A stretch of 64,000 nt of DNA. Source: the human T2T-CHM13v2.0 reference genome, Homo sapiens. Below are positions 13,671-28,595 of the stretch, in pieces. Numbering within the stretch: the first letter of the stretch is position 1; each line of letters begins with the position of its first letter. Below the pieces are notes generated by a model, which was not told the origin of the DNA, did not search any database, and saw nothing but the letters and a program-made list of their open reading frames with translations. The translations under genes and the position numbers were made by a program. Location of the stretch: NCBI RefSeq assembly GCF_009914755.1, contig NC_060937.1; one strand, 5' to 3'.

Positions 13671-14829
13671 TGTGTCCGGAATTGGTGGGTTCTCGGTCTC
13701 ACTGACTTCAAGAATGAGGCCGTGGACCCTCACAGTGAGTGTTACAATTCTTAAAGATGGTGTGTCCAGAGTTTGTTCCTCAGATGTTCAGATGTGTCCG
13801 GAGTTTCTTCCTTCCAGTGGGTTCGTGGTCTCGCTGGCCTCAGGAGTGAAACTGCAGACCTTCGCGGTGAGTGTTACAGTTCATAAAGGTGACACGTCTG
13901 GAGCTGTTCGTTCCTCCCATCCAGAATTGTTTGTCCCTCCCAGTGGGTTCATGGTCTCACTGGCTTCAGGAGTGAAGCTGCAGACCTTCGTCATGAGTGT
14001 TACAGCTCATAAAGTCAGCACGGACCCAAAGAGTGAGCAGCAGCAAGATTTATTGTGAAGAGCAAAAGAACAAAGCTTCCACAACGTGGAAGGGGACCCA
14101 AGCAGGTTGCTGCTGCTGGCTCAGGTGGCCTGCTGGCTCCAGGGCCCTTATCTGGCCCTTATCTGGCCCCACCCACATCCTGCTGATTGGTCCATTTTAC
14201 AGAGAGTTGATTGATCTGTTTTACAGAGAGCTAATTGGTCCGTTTTGACAGAGCGCTGATTGGTGCATTTACAAACCTTTAGCTAGACAGAGTGTTGATT
14301 GGTGTGTTTACAATCCTTTAGCTAGACACAAAAGTTCTCCAAGTCCCCACCAGATTAGCTAGACACAGAGCGCTGATTGGAGCATTTACAAACCTTTAGC
14401 TAGACAGAAAAGTTCTACAGGTCCCCACCTGACACAGAAGCCCATCCGGCTTCACCTCTCAATGGCACTCGCTGCAGGACTTTGGGCACCTAGCCCAGGC
14501 ACTCCAGTAGCCCAGAGGGAACTCGTCCCCTGATCAAGCCCAGCAGGTGCCGGCCAGCCGTGCCTAGTGCAGGGCCCGCCAAGCCCACGCCCACCTGGAA
14601 CCCATGCCGGCCCACGAGCGCCTTGGGCAGCCCCGGCTCCCACCCCCGCCTCTCCCTCCACACCTCCCTGCTAGCGGAGGGAGCCAGCTCCAGCCTCAGC
14701 CAGCCCCAGAGAGGGGCTCCCACAGCGCAGTGGCAGGCTGAAGGGCTCCTTGAGTGCGGCCAGAGTGGACACCAAGGCCGAGCAGGTGCTGGGAGCCAGC
14801 GAGGGCTGCTAGCATGTTGTCACCTCTGA
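13671..14829 (-). mobile_element. LTR12 (HERV9) solo LTR, LTR12D-like, inserted in the THE1 LTR
   Basis: Termini are TGTGTCCGGAATTGGTGGG and GCTAGCATGTTGTCACCTCTGA. It carries repeated CTGATTGG enhancer units and a 4-bp TSD GCGG/GCGT. Confidence 0.95.
14180..14405 (-). promoter_or_regulatory. LTR12 U3 enhancer/promoter array of CCAAT (NF-Y) boxes
   Basis: Multiple (C/T)TGATTGG units, which read CCAATCA on the minus strand. NF-Y binding to ERV9 LTR U3 repeats is established. Confidence 0.75.
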
Positions 14830-14874
14830 GCGTCAGGCAAAAAAAGAGCACTTGTGCTGGGAAACTCCCATTTT

Positions 14875-16007
<1,133 letters not shown>

Positions 16008-16246
16008 AAACTCCCATTTTTAAAACCATCAGATCTCATGTGACTCATTCACTATCACAAGAACAGTGCAGGAAAGACCTGCCGCCATACTTCAATCACT
16101 TGTCACTGGGTTCCTCCCACAACAGGTGTGAATTGTGGGAGTTACAATTTAAGATGAGATTTAGGTGGGGACACAGACAAACCATATCAGACCCTGTCTC
16201 AAAAATGAAGTAAATTTTAAGTTGAACCATTGTAAGTCAGGGACTC

Positions 16247-16272
16247 TGTGTGTGTGTGTGAGTGTGTGTGTG
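16247..16272. repeat. (TG)n microsatellite, interrupted
   Basis: TGTGTGTGTGTGTGAGTGTGTGTGTG. Confidence 0.85.
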
Positions 16273-16568
16273 CTTTTATAATTATGCTTCATGATTTAAA
16301 AAGATGTTCATAATGAGTGACCAGTTAAAAATTAAAATGATGGAAAACATTAGGAATTCAAAAGAAGAAAAATATAATATACAAAATTAAATTAACTGTC
16401 AGCTGACATTTACAGTAGCTTTAAAACTGCAGGAAAATAAAAGGTGATTTAACTGGTAGGTAGACCAGTATAAAACTACCCTGTCTGAAAACTTGAAGAG
16501 AAAGCCTGAAAAAAAATATGAAAAGAGATATTTTTGCTGTAGGGAAAGATAAAGTACTTTAACATTTA

Positions 16569-16961
<393 letters not shown>

Positions 16962-17089
16962 TCACCAGTTTACATGTTGGCGAAGGGCAAAAAAGCTAAC
17001 CATACAAAGGAAATTCTGCCTAGGCACATCATAAGCTTATTGATAGAAAATAAAAATAAGTCTAAAATCTTTAAAGCAGCCTGGGGATG

Positions 17090-17670
17090 ATGGGAAATTG
17101 TTAGTTTTAAATAATTATCTTTATTTTTTTCTGAATGTATATTTTTTCCTGTCAATTATTACTCATGTGATAATTGTTCTGGCATACCATACACTGGTTC
17201 TTATGCCTAGGGAAAAACAATATGAACTAGTTGTCACACTGTACATGAAAGAGTCTGTCACATAGGTGATGAATGGTGAAAAAATGAATCTTGGTATTTT
17301 TAATAGAAGAAAGAGACAGATACCCCCTCCTCTTGAAACAAAGGGGAAAAATATTTGCCCCTTGGAGGTAAGATGGAAAGAATCTCATTTTCTCACTCTA
17401 ACATTTCTGGAATGTAAACATATCTTTTGAAGGGCCAAATAATTTTAGTATCTCCAGATTTACAATTTAGAAATAGGTCCTGAATTTTATCCTATCTTAA
17501 AATGTTAACAGATACCTCTGGAGCTTGATAACTCTTACTTGAGCTCTCAATATATATATAGCTGTCAATTTTCTTCTAGTGCTTGCTTTTATGACAGAAT
17601 CCAATGTTTTAGGAAAAAAAATCTTTTAAAAATTCCTAAATGTGCAGAAACACAAAGATAATTTCTTTAA
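17090..17670 (-). mobile_element. Degenerate ERVL-class LTR (LTR40/41-like) within the L1
   Basis: Ends AAATGTGCAGAAACACAAAGATAATT, similar to the end of the element at 474-1122. It interrupts the L1 ORF1. Confidence 0.35.
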
Positions 17671-19171
17671 ATGCCAAAGAAATAGTACAATTGATACTCA
17701 TCAAAATGAATGAATGTCAAAAGGTAATAGAATGATATTTTTACATAATAAACAAAAGTCAGTGTAATATTGTATGTTAAGTAAAAATTATGAATGTAAA
17801 ATATATGTATTTTCAAATCAGCCAAAGCTGAGACTTTTCACCTGCATATCTACACAAGAAATTCTAAACTAAGTTCTATAGGATGAAGTAAAGTCATATT
17901 GCAATTCTGAACCATGGAAGGAATGATGAGCAATCACTTTGAAATAACTGACTAATACAAAAACAATAACACTGTGTTGTTGAGTTTAATGTGGATGTAG
18001 AAGTACATAAAATTACAACCATAATAGATTGTAGTAATTTAAGCGTGAATATTATAATTCACAGAACAATTGCTAATTTAATAATACAGAATATTTTGTT
18101 TTATGAAACCAATTTAACATTATAAATGGAATACTGAAGATATTTAAATAATTAAAAGGACATAACTAGACAGAAGGAAAATTGATTTAAAAAGAAATGG
18201 GACAAAAATAAAATAAAAGGCAATCATATGATGATTACATTAACTGTGAGTGTACTAAAAATTCTTAAATAGTCAAACATTATTACACTAAGTAAAAGGG
18301 TATGATCTAATTGTATTCTGTCTTACAGAGACTAATAAAAAGATAGTCTAGAAGGAAAAGTGTAAGGAAAACATGTATCATGGAAAGGGTAGCAGAAGGA
18401 ATTTGGTGTGGCTATATTAATAGACACATTGGACATCAAGTGTATTATGAGACAAAGAACATTTTATAATGATATAAAGAGTTGATTCACCAGGAAAATA
18501 TAACAGTCCTAAATATGTATCTACATATCAGAGTTTTTAAAATATTGAGATAAAAACTGACAAAGCTAAATTGATAAACATAAAAATTCACAATCACAGC
18601 TAGAGATTTTAACATTTCTGTCTCAATAATTCATGGAACAACTAGATCAAGAATAAATGAATAATTGCAGAGAAGATTTGAACACTATTAATCAACTTGA
18701 CCTAATTTTTTTAAAGTACATATAAAACCACAGAATTTACATTATTTTGAGTGTTCATAGATGATTCTCCAAGAAAGATCACATAATGGGGCTAATAATG
18801 GGTTTTGAAAATTTCATGAACTTTCAATCTTACCATTTTTTTCAGAAAAAAATATTAAATTTAGACTCATACTTTAGGAGTGAAGATTACCTGATGACTA
18901 CATCAGATCAAAAACCATTTCATCCATATTGTTTTAAAGATTGTAAGGTGAACAGAAATTGGATGATGTAACAAAGGAGGCATAATTAAAAATGTAGGCT
19001 TCATGACTTTTTGTAAAAGAGGGATATTAATGAGTGTGGTATTATATTTTTGTGTTTTTACTTTGCATTGATTTTATTTCTAATAAAGTTCACCAACACT
19101 TTAATAATTTTTATTAATTCATTTTTTCTCATATTCACTGTCAGTTGCATACCAGGTAATGTAATTTACTC

Positions 19172-19478
19172 TTTTTCTTTTTTTTTTTTTTTTTTTTGAG
19201 ACATAGTCTTGCTCTGTTGCCCAGGCTGGAGTGCTGTGGCATGATCTCAGTTGACTGCAACGCCTCTGCCTCCTGGGTTCAAGCAATTCTCCTGCCTCAG
19301 CCTCCTGAGTAGTTGGGATTACAGGGACATGCCACCACACCCAGCTAATTTTTTTATTTTTAGTAGAGATGGAGTTTCACCATATTGGTCAGGCTAGTCT
19401 TGAACTCCTGACCTCATGATCTGCCCATCTTGACCTCCCAAAGTGCTGGGATTACAGGTGTGAGCCACCACGCCCTGC
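19172..19478 (-). mobile_element. AluS (Sg/Sx-like)
   Basis: Poly-T head followed by an antisense Alu dimer. Confidence 0.95.
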
Positions 19479-20893
19479 TTATTTTACTTTTCACCCTGCA
19501 GGAAAATTTATATATATTAGTTTCTTGCCTTTAGAAGTTTTCCATATTAAAATATTTTTCCTATTTGTATTGTACTGTGACTTTTGAGATAGAGAAATAT
19601 TTCAATTCAGTGTAGTTGCATGTATAATAGTTTATTTTATGTTTGTCTATTTTCAGTTATTTGAAGAAATTTTAAGCAACTTGAATATGATAAGCCTATT
19701 ATCCTATATTCTGTGCTAAAACTTTTAAAGTTTTACTTTCAAAATGTCAACACGTGGCAGGGATCATTTGGTGCGTGATTGTTTTATACGTAATTCTGTG
19801 TATGTGTGTATGATATAATGTAGCCCATCTTTTTCACCACCAAATTGCAACGTCAGTGCTGCCAAATACAAAGCAACTGTACACATTTGGCACAGTACTA
19901 TTTTTCAACAATTATGGTCATTCTTATTTTAATTATATCATTTTTATATATACCTAATGATGAGTAATTTCCTAAATTGAGGCTTTTATGACTTTTCTAA
20001 TGACTCATATTTATATTGTCAGTACCCCCTTCACTTGTGTTTGAATTGGCTGGCTCTAGTGCATTTCAACAGCTCCTTTCATGTGCTGACAGCTGAAAAA
20101 TTCTCCAATTAGAAGCTCAAATATATAAGAACTTGACCAAAAGGGTGAAAGAAAACTGAAGAGGGGAAAGTCATTTCTCTGTGGACATAAAGGTGCATGG
20201 TTTATAAAAACCTGTATCTATGTATATATTCAAAAGATCATTTAAAGCACATTTAGAGTGAAATGCCTATATATAAATATGATAATTTCTACAAAAGATC
20301 AAATTGTATTTTTTTAAACTAAGAATATAACAAAACTAGATAATCTAGGTCATTTCAGGAAGATTTAGGTTAGTAAATTTGAATGGTGTATATATCACTT
20401 TTTAGAAAATTTATATAACATTTTAAATGTGAAGACTTTTCTAAATAATACAGTATTTTAATAATGGTTATAAGCAACTAAAGAGATTGAATACTAAATT
20501 CTATCATTCATTAAAACTTGCTGCAAAGGTATATTTAGAAATAACACATTTCAACCCTTCAGTAGAGTCCTAAAATTAGCCCACTGCGTTTTAGAGGTAG
20601 AGCAAAGCCCAAGATAAATACAGTGTTGAGATCAAATGAAACCATTAACAGTCGCTATAAGGAAATGCAAAATTACACTTTGGGAGTAGGGGACTGATAA
20701 GAGAAACTTTGGATTGAAAAAGCTAAATTTAGATGAGAAAGAAATAGCTAGATCATTGACCCAGAAGAACTGAACACTAAATATATTATTTCATTCACAA
20801 TAGGGAAACATGTGCTTAAAAGAATTACAGCTCAATTTCCTCCAAAAAAAAAAAAAAAAACTATTTCCAAAAGTAGAAAATGATACTGCTTGA

Positions 20894-21222
<329 letters not shown>

Positions 21223-21384
21223 ACTGCTTGATTATTTCTAACAAAAGATGGGAGGACAAGGAAATTAGCGAAGAAAAAGGATGAGCCTTTTGCTGAAAGT
21301 GGCTAATGTTAATGGAAAATGTATATGAAAGATAAATCTTTGACTAACATTTCAATGTCACATTTTGATTCTACTATTAAGGAC

Positions 21385-21600
21385 TATTATTATTTTTGCT
21401 AGCATGTACTAAGTGTGTTAAATATTTGCATAGATCATTTTAATTAATTTAAAAAATTCACTGGTCATGTAGCATTAGCATATTACATAGAAATTGTAAT
21501 TCAGGTTTAAGAAGGGTTGTTTTTCACTTAGGGAAAATATTGCAAAAGTAGTGAATTCTGAATTCAGATCCAGGCAGAATGACTCAAGAACCTGATCCTG
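21385..21600 (-). mobile_element. MIR, degenerate
   Basis: CTGAATTCAGATCCAGGCAGAATGACTCAAGA resembles antisense MIR ATTCAAACCCAGGCAGTCTGACTCCAGA. Confidence 0.5.
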
Positions 21601-21689
21601 ACTCAAGAGTCTGACTCAGACTGACTTTGAAATATTACACCACTTTGAACTTTCTTTTTCCTAAGGAATCATTATGGCAATATTTAATA

Positions 21690-23760
21690 TTTATAGGTGA
21701 ACAATGGAGGAAAATATAATCAAATTTTTCAAAAACTATTAAATACTGACTCTGAGCTAACACTAGTTTCTATGAACCTTACCTAAATTACCACTTTGAT
21801 CTGTCAAACTGAGTAAGAGTTTAATGGGTGCCAGGTGATAAAAGATGTTCTAACACAATTTGCCTCATGTTGGAAGCAGTAGAATTTTAGAAGCACTCTG
21901 ATTATTTCTCCAACTGCTGGCATTACATTGGAATTCAAGTGGCCAAATTCCATATTACCTCCCACCCTATTGCACAAGGGTTGTTTTAATTGAATGTTCT
22001 ACATGAAAAGTATTGGAACTCCAATTTACTATGGAAATAATAAATAAAAATTAAATGCTGCACCCTGGAGATATTATAAGTATTTGTACTTCCACAAAAA
22101 ATTCAAAGATGTATGTGAGGTTATTCCTATCACATAGTCATATATTTATTTTTAAACTTTTAAGTAGAAAATACTGATACATAAGTAGAATATGATAAAT
22201 TAATGAAAATAATATTGACCACTCACATTTCATTTGCTGATCTAAATTTAATTAACTACTGGCACTGGGTTTGAGTCTATTGATGTTAATAAATGTTTAT
22301 CTTTTGGGGGAAAAGGGACTACCAAAGTTTTTGCATAGTAAAAACATCAGTACATATTTTCTTATTCTTTTATTATTATGATAACTTTCCTATTCTCTAA
22401 TTCACCATGTTAGTTTGTAAAATTCTTAACACCTTCCCTTTTCCAAATATATTGTCATATGTTTTTGGCAATGTGTATTTAGAAAAGTAGGTGGCTTGGA
22501 TTTCTTGATATGGCATTGATAGGGACAGGAAGCAGAAAAGTTCTAGGCAAGCAGGGGCGGGTCCCTGACAAAACCCCACCCTCAAGCCAAAAAGTCTGAA
22601 ACTGCAGCCCAAAGTGAGAACTTATAACCCTGTTTTCCTACCCGAATGTTGCCTTTTCCTGAACAACCCATGGCCCCACCTCACCCCATCCTGTGCCCAT
22701 AAAGGCCCCAGACTCAGCCAGCAGAAAGGAGAAGAAACTGGACATCAGGGACTATGACTGGACATCAGAGAGAAGTGGCTTGACTTCAGAGGGACAGCTT
22801 GATGGCATAACTTCAGAGAAGAATCCAGCCGGAGATGGCAGAACTTCAGAGGAAGATTACCTCCCCGCCCTATTCCCTTTTTAGCTCCCCTTCCTGCTGA
22901 GAGCCACTTTCATCAGCAGTAAAATCCTCCTCGTTTACCATCCTTCAATTTGTTCCTGCGACCTCATTTTTCCTGGATGCTGGACAAGAACTTGGGAGCC
23001 ATGAGTGTGGACACACAAGTTTGTCGCACTGGCCCTTTGTCCTCACTGGTGGAGGGTGGCCACCTCACATAAAAAGGCAAAGGGCCCATTAAGCTATTAA
23101 TACTGAAGCTGTCCATAGATGACAGGGTTAAAAGAGCACTGTAACACACCCTCTGAGGCTTTGGGAGTCGGAGTCACCCTGCCTGGATGCTGCTGCGGGG
23201 TCTGCATGGAGTTCGCTCCTGCCAGTGCCCAAAAGTGTTCACTCTGGCTCTTGCACCCGCTCACCTGTGCACTCCCTCCTGTGAGGGGTGGAACACAGCA
23301 GGTCTGTGCAAGTGAAGTTTGATTCCACTGCACTGAAGCGGCTGGCCTATTACAGGGCTTGTGCACTCCAGCTCCTGTCTAGTTTGCTTGCACACTTCCT
23401 CCTGCAAGGAGTTCATAGCAATAGGCTGAGTAAATGAGGCACCCAGTCACGAGTCTCATGAAGGAGTCAGGGGATTGTCCTGCTTCAACATGTATCAGAG
23501 GAGCAGGAGAGACATCCAATATAAATACAGAGGAAGTTCCTGGGGATCTTGTGGCCTGGGTAAAATACAGATAAAGACTTCAAAATGAAAACAAATAGTT
23601 GCTGTAATCTGTGCTCCCTATCCTTGTAAAGGATACACACTCCTTTTAAGTTCCATTTTGATTATTTGAAGTTCCATTTAATACACTTAGATTCCTCATT
23701 AATCCTTATGTGTCAAGTTAATCAAAAACTCAACTTTTTGTGGGCCCTTGAATAATTGAA
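21690..23760 (+). mobile_element. ERVL-type pro-pol remnant, copy 2 (interrupted by the LTR28-like element)
   Basis: LLNTDSELTLV (21736-21768) and FKDVCEVIPIT*S (22102-22140). After the LTR, GTTCCTGGGGATC...TGGCCTGGG resembles FLGVQWSG. Confidence 0.65.
22517..23487 (+). mobile_element. ERV1 solo LTR, LTR28/LTR27-like
   Basis: TGATAGGGACAGGAAGCAG...CCCAAAGTGAGAAC...CCCATAAAG...TCCTGCTTCA, with a 4-bp TSD GCAT/ACAT. Confidence 0.8.
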
Positions 23761-23789
23761 GGCTGGAAATATGTAGTAGGATAAGAAGG

Positions 23790-24200
23790 TAGAATTCTGG
23801 GGATAGTGTTCACTGAAATAGAGGATTCAGGAAATAAATTCAAGATCAAAAATGATTTGATTTTGGAAGTTCACATTTTGAGTAAAACTGAGATATTCAA
23901 GAAGAGATATGTGGATGGAACCCTTTGATTTAGCATCATACATGTCTCAAAAGACTTTGAAGCCATGGTTCAAAATGAAATCTCTAGCAGTAAGTGTGTG
24001 AAGGAAAAATTAGAGAGGATGAGGAATAGAAACTTCGATTGGGTAAGTAGAAACAGAAAATCAGTTTGAATGTTGAAAAAAATTTGACAATATGGAGGCA
24101 TTAGTAGAGCAAGGCAGGCTTCTAGATTGTATCAGATATTACACAGAAATAGAGTAAGATTGATGTGAATCAACTGGGTTGTCAAATTTAACTCACTGGT
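23790..24200 (-). mobile_element. L2 fragment
   Basis: TTCACTGAAATAGAGGA...GAGATATTCAAG...TTTGAAGCCATGG...ATGAAATC matches antisense L2. Confidence 0.5.
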
Positions 24201-24688
24201 AGAGTTTCTGTTTTTTTAGTACAAATAGTAGATTATGGCTGACTGACATTCCCAGTAAAGACTGTGGGAAAAGCTAGGAAAATACTAAAATAATTTAATT
24301 AAACTCATCAGATAATTATAGATGCAAACAAGTTTATGTTGACAAAATTTCAGACAATACTTCTCAAAAGTTAGCTAATGATTCAGACCCTTTTTCCCCA
24401 GAGTATTTCTTATTATGGGTATAGGTTCAAGGCTAAGGATTGAAGTTTGGCTAAGCATTGAGATTCAGCTCAGGCAGAGCATGAGCACCCTGCTGACAGA
24501 AAGATTTGCCACCAAATCTTGTATTGGTTGTGGAGAACCAGAGTGACAAAATGAAGACCTGGTAATCCTCAAACACATGGTGGTTTTCTCTAAAAATATT
24601 TATTGATGTCTGACTGCATAAGAGGTTAGAATCTGGGTTGAAAGTTTCTTTGAAGTAGCTTGTGATCTTCTAGAGTCTCAAGAATTTA

Positions 24689-25099
<411 letters not shown>

Positions 25100-25549
25100 T
25101 TAGAACTAAAGGCTTAGACTTTGGACTTGAACTTCTGAGTGACCTAAGAACTTAACAATTATTTTACCATTTGCACAGAACTGGAATGAAGTGGGGCCAA
25201 CTTCTTTCTCATGGCACTTGCCAGTTTTGAAGCTGGATGTGAACAAAAGCTACATAGTTAATATTTAAGTGCAAAAATAAATTTCCTTCATCATTCAGGA
25301 CTAAGTAGATGAGACCTCCAGGCTCTCAACTGAAAGACTTGCAGAAACACACTTCACTAACAAGAATAATTCTTGTGAAACCAACCCACATCTAAATTTC
25401 ATCCAGCTCTCAACCAGCATAATTCCTGATCAGAATTAGAGATGTTATAACGCCTTTCTTATTCCCTTGAGGAAGAAGAACTCAGTGTCTCTCTTTTAGA
25501 AGACAATATCGTTTACAACAGGGTCTTTTCAGTTCTTTAATGCACAGGA

Positions 25550-27190
25550 TGTGCCTTTTCTGTATATTCTGATTTTATAACTTGGGACTTCAAACTTGAT
25601 ACAAAGTAGGGTGTTTGTAGGCTGGACATAATATGAGAAATTATATTTTTGAGCCTGAGGAGGGGGGATTTAATTGAAACGCTACAATGTTGGTGCCCAT
25701 TCTTTTGAAAAGACATTTTGAAGAGACATCTATAATAGTTCCTTGCATAGTTGGTTAATGAAATTTTGATCTGTTTTCTTGTATGAGGGCTTCCAAAGTT
25801 TATTGCCAATTAGTTCAATAATATTAGGTATCCATTTTAATTCATGTGATGGACAAAATAATAAACAAACAAGACCTTTGTGTAGGTAGACATATGGAAC
25901 CTGTAGAACAGTTAAAGTGTGCCATCCTTGTAAGGATATATATTCTTATCAAAAGATAGGAAGGAATAGTTAAAATGAGAAAATTTTATTATTGTTTTCT
26001 GAATGAGAAAATCATCTGTAATGATTTTGAAAAGGGTGAAAGGGGTGAAAAATAATCTTTTTTTCAAGCTCTTCAAGGCAAGTTATTCAACGCTGTTCTT
26101 AGGTTTGAAACAACTTCGTGGGAAGTAGATGATGAGAGGTTGTCACAATTTATAGGAAGCAAAGAAAATTTGCTGTGGACTTTAATGTTTTTACAGGACC
26201 ATAAAGACTAGTCAAGTTTATACAGTATGATTTTACTGTCACAGTCATTCGTACAGGCTTCCAGAGTCAGGACTGCAGGACATACAGCTATCCACACGTG
26301 CAGAACAGATTTCTGTATTTCTTAAGTTCTTGGTGTTTTCACAGAAAGATTGTGTTTAGGCTTTTTCTAGTGATGTTTCTTGATTCCCAGAAATTTATAA
26401 GGTGTTTTTGATTGAGCAGGATTCTTAATTTAAATGTGTGGGTATTAGGTATGAAATTATGGAGATGTCCAGGCTGAATAGAACCAGAAAATTTAGTACA
26501 GATTTCACAGGTTTGCCAGGCAAGGGCACTGACAGGAAAATCTTAGGGAACAGGCTTTCACACCAGAAAAATTCAAGACTGTATATTAGACCAAATCCCA
26601 AAAGAACACAGCCTCTTTGCCTAATGACAAACTGCTGGCTTAAACTCCGGATTACAGCCAGGATGCTACAGAAAATAAACTGCAGAATGCTTTGTTACAA
26701 ATGATCGCAGTACTCGTTGGATGCTGAATTCCATTTATCAAATTGCTGATCCAAGAGATATATTTATAAGGACCTGGAGTAACCCAGAAATTTGGCATAA
26801 ATGAATGCCAGTAAGTGTCAATGAGAGTTCTAGAAATGGCAAAACATGGACTCCCCAGACTCCTGAGTTACAGTGATTAAGATGGAAAGACTAGCTCTGA
26901 TGGGAACGTATTGGCACGTATTAAGACATGCTTCTTGATCATTGCTTGGAAAGCCTTCTCTCCATCAATTTAAAAAGGTTGAAAGTCTAGGGACTTGGCT
27001 AGTTTGTCAGTCAAGGTACCCTGAGGCCTTTCAAGAACTATCTTCAGAAGAGTAGGTCATTCCACTCTGCCTCCAAGTCAGAGAAACTTAATAAAGTATT
27101 ATTAATTATCACAGACACAAGGATGATGCCCAAATGATTTTTGCTGCAGGAAGACCCTAAAAATAGTTATTCTGGTTAGATAAGGACAAC
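25550..27190 (+). mobile_element. Decayed Ty3/Gypsy LTR-retrotransposon pol (RT - RNase H - integrase), sushi/MamGyp-like
   Basis: Ordered motif remnants: VCRLDII*EIIFLSLRRGD (25613), DILKRHL**FLA*LVNEILIC (25712), FQALQGKLFNAVL (26062), FT/DHK (26190), FIQYDFTVTVIRTG (26217), KFSTDFTGLP (26489), AEF (26723). Confidence 0.65.
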
Positions 27191-27253
27191 TGATATCTTT
27201 CCCTACTCTTATAAAAGCAAGAAAATAAAATGTATTATACATTTGTATAATCC

Positions 27254-28051
27254 TGTCTTAGCTTTGGCTGAGATAAAATACCATAGACTGAGTAAGTTAA
27301 ACAATAGAAATTTATTTCTCACAGTTCTAGAGACTGAAAAAACCGAGATCAAGATGCGGGCATATTCAGCTCTTTGTAAGGACTCACTTCCTGGCATACA
27401 GATAACCATCTTCTTGAGGAATCCTCACATGATGGAAAGAAAAGCTCTCCTGTCTCTTTTTCATCCTATAAGGGAACTAATCCCATTATGGAGTGTACTA
27501 GCCCATTCTCACACTACTATGCAGAAATACCTGAGACTGGTATTCGTAAAGAAAAGAGGTTTCAGTGGCTCACAGTTCCACAGTTCTATGCTCACAGGTG
27601 TGGCAGCATCTGCTTCTGGGGAGACCTCAGGAAACTTACAGTCGTGGTGAGAGGCACAGTGGAAGCAGGCATCTTCACATGGCCAGAGAAAGAAAAAGAG
27701 AGAGAAGCTGGAGGTGCTACACTCCTTGAAACAGCTAGATCTTGTGAGAACTCACTCACTCACTCACTATCAGGAGAACAGCACCAAGAATATGGTGCTA
27801 TACCATTCATGTAGGATCCACACCATGATCCAATCACCTCTGACCAGGCCCCACCTCCAACACTGAGAAGTACATTTCAATATAAGGTTGGGGCAGGGAC
27901 ACAGATCCAACCCATATCCCAGGGGTACCACCCTTGTGACCTCATCTAAACTTAATTTGCTTCCAAAGGCCCCATGTTTGAATACCATTACACTGAGGAT
28001 TAGGGCTTCAGCATATGAATTTTGGGGGACACAGGCATCCAGTACGTAACA
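27254..28051 (-). mobile_element. MLT1A0-like LTR, split by an MSTA LTR
   Basis: TGTCTTAG...AAATACCATAGACTG...ATTTATTTCTCACAGTTC. It resumes CCACCCTTGTGACCTCATC...ATATGAATTTTGGGGGACAC...TAACA. Confidence 0.85.
27494..27920 (-). mobile_element. MSTA-like solo LTR
   Basis: TGTACTAGCCCATTCTC...GAAAAGAGGTTT...GCATCTGCTTCTGGGGAGACCTCAGG...GGGACACAGATCCAACCCATATC. Confidence 0.88.
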
Positions 28052-28595
28052 GAGCCTAAGGCTGAGAGAGTCCTGTGCTGCTGTTGCTGTGAGGGAAAAA
28101 AAGACAGCAGGGTGGCTGGGTTTGAAATTCCATCTCCACGTTTCCATAACCCACATACATCAATATTTCAAATCCAAGTCTCATTTACCTCCCTTCTTCA
28201 TAGATGTGACAGGGCTAAACAAAATGTCTCTTTAAGAATAAGAAAGGCATATATGTATCGCTTAGCTTATGATAAAAACATATGAGTTTGCAAAGAGCAA
28301 TACAGAAGTAAAGCCATAAATACTATATTTGTGTTTAAATGTAACATCTGATTAAGAAAAATTTCTATAATACTAATTTTTAAGCTGTTGTATGTTAAAA
28401 TACGAAAACTCCATATTGCTTTTACTATAGGGAAAAGAAGAAACTTACCCATGGAACAAAACTGGGTAACTAAAATTAGAGTAAGTAGTGATTAGTGATC
28501 CAATCTGTTCAAAAGCTTATTATACTTTCTTACTCTGTTTCTTTAAATCCTTCTTTCAATTTTATTCTGACCTGCATTTATTAAACAATTATGTG

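Noticed and set aside
13543-14058. 171-aa ORF with an internal repeat
   Set aside because: Antisense read-through of the THE1-LTR12 junction and the LTR12 U5 repeats.
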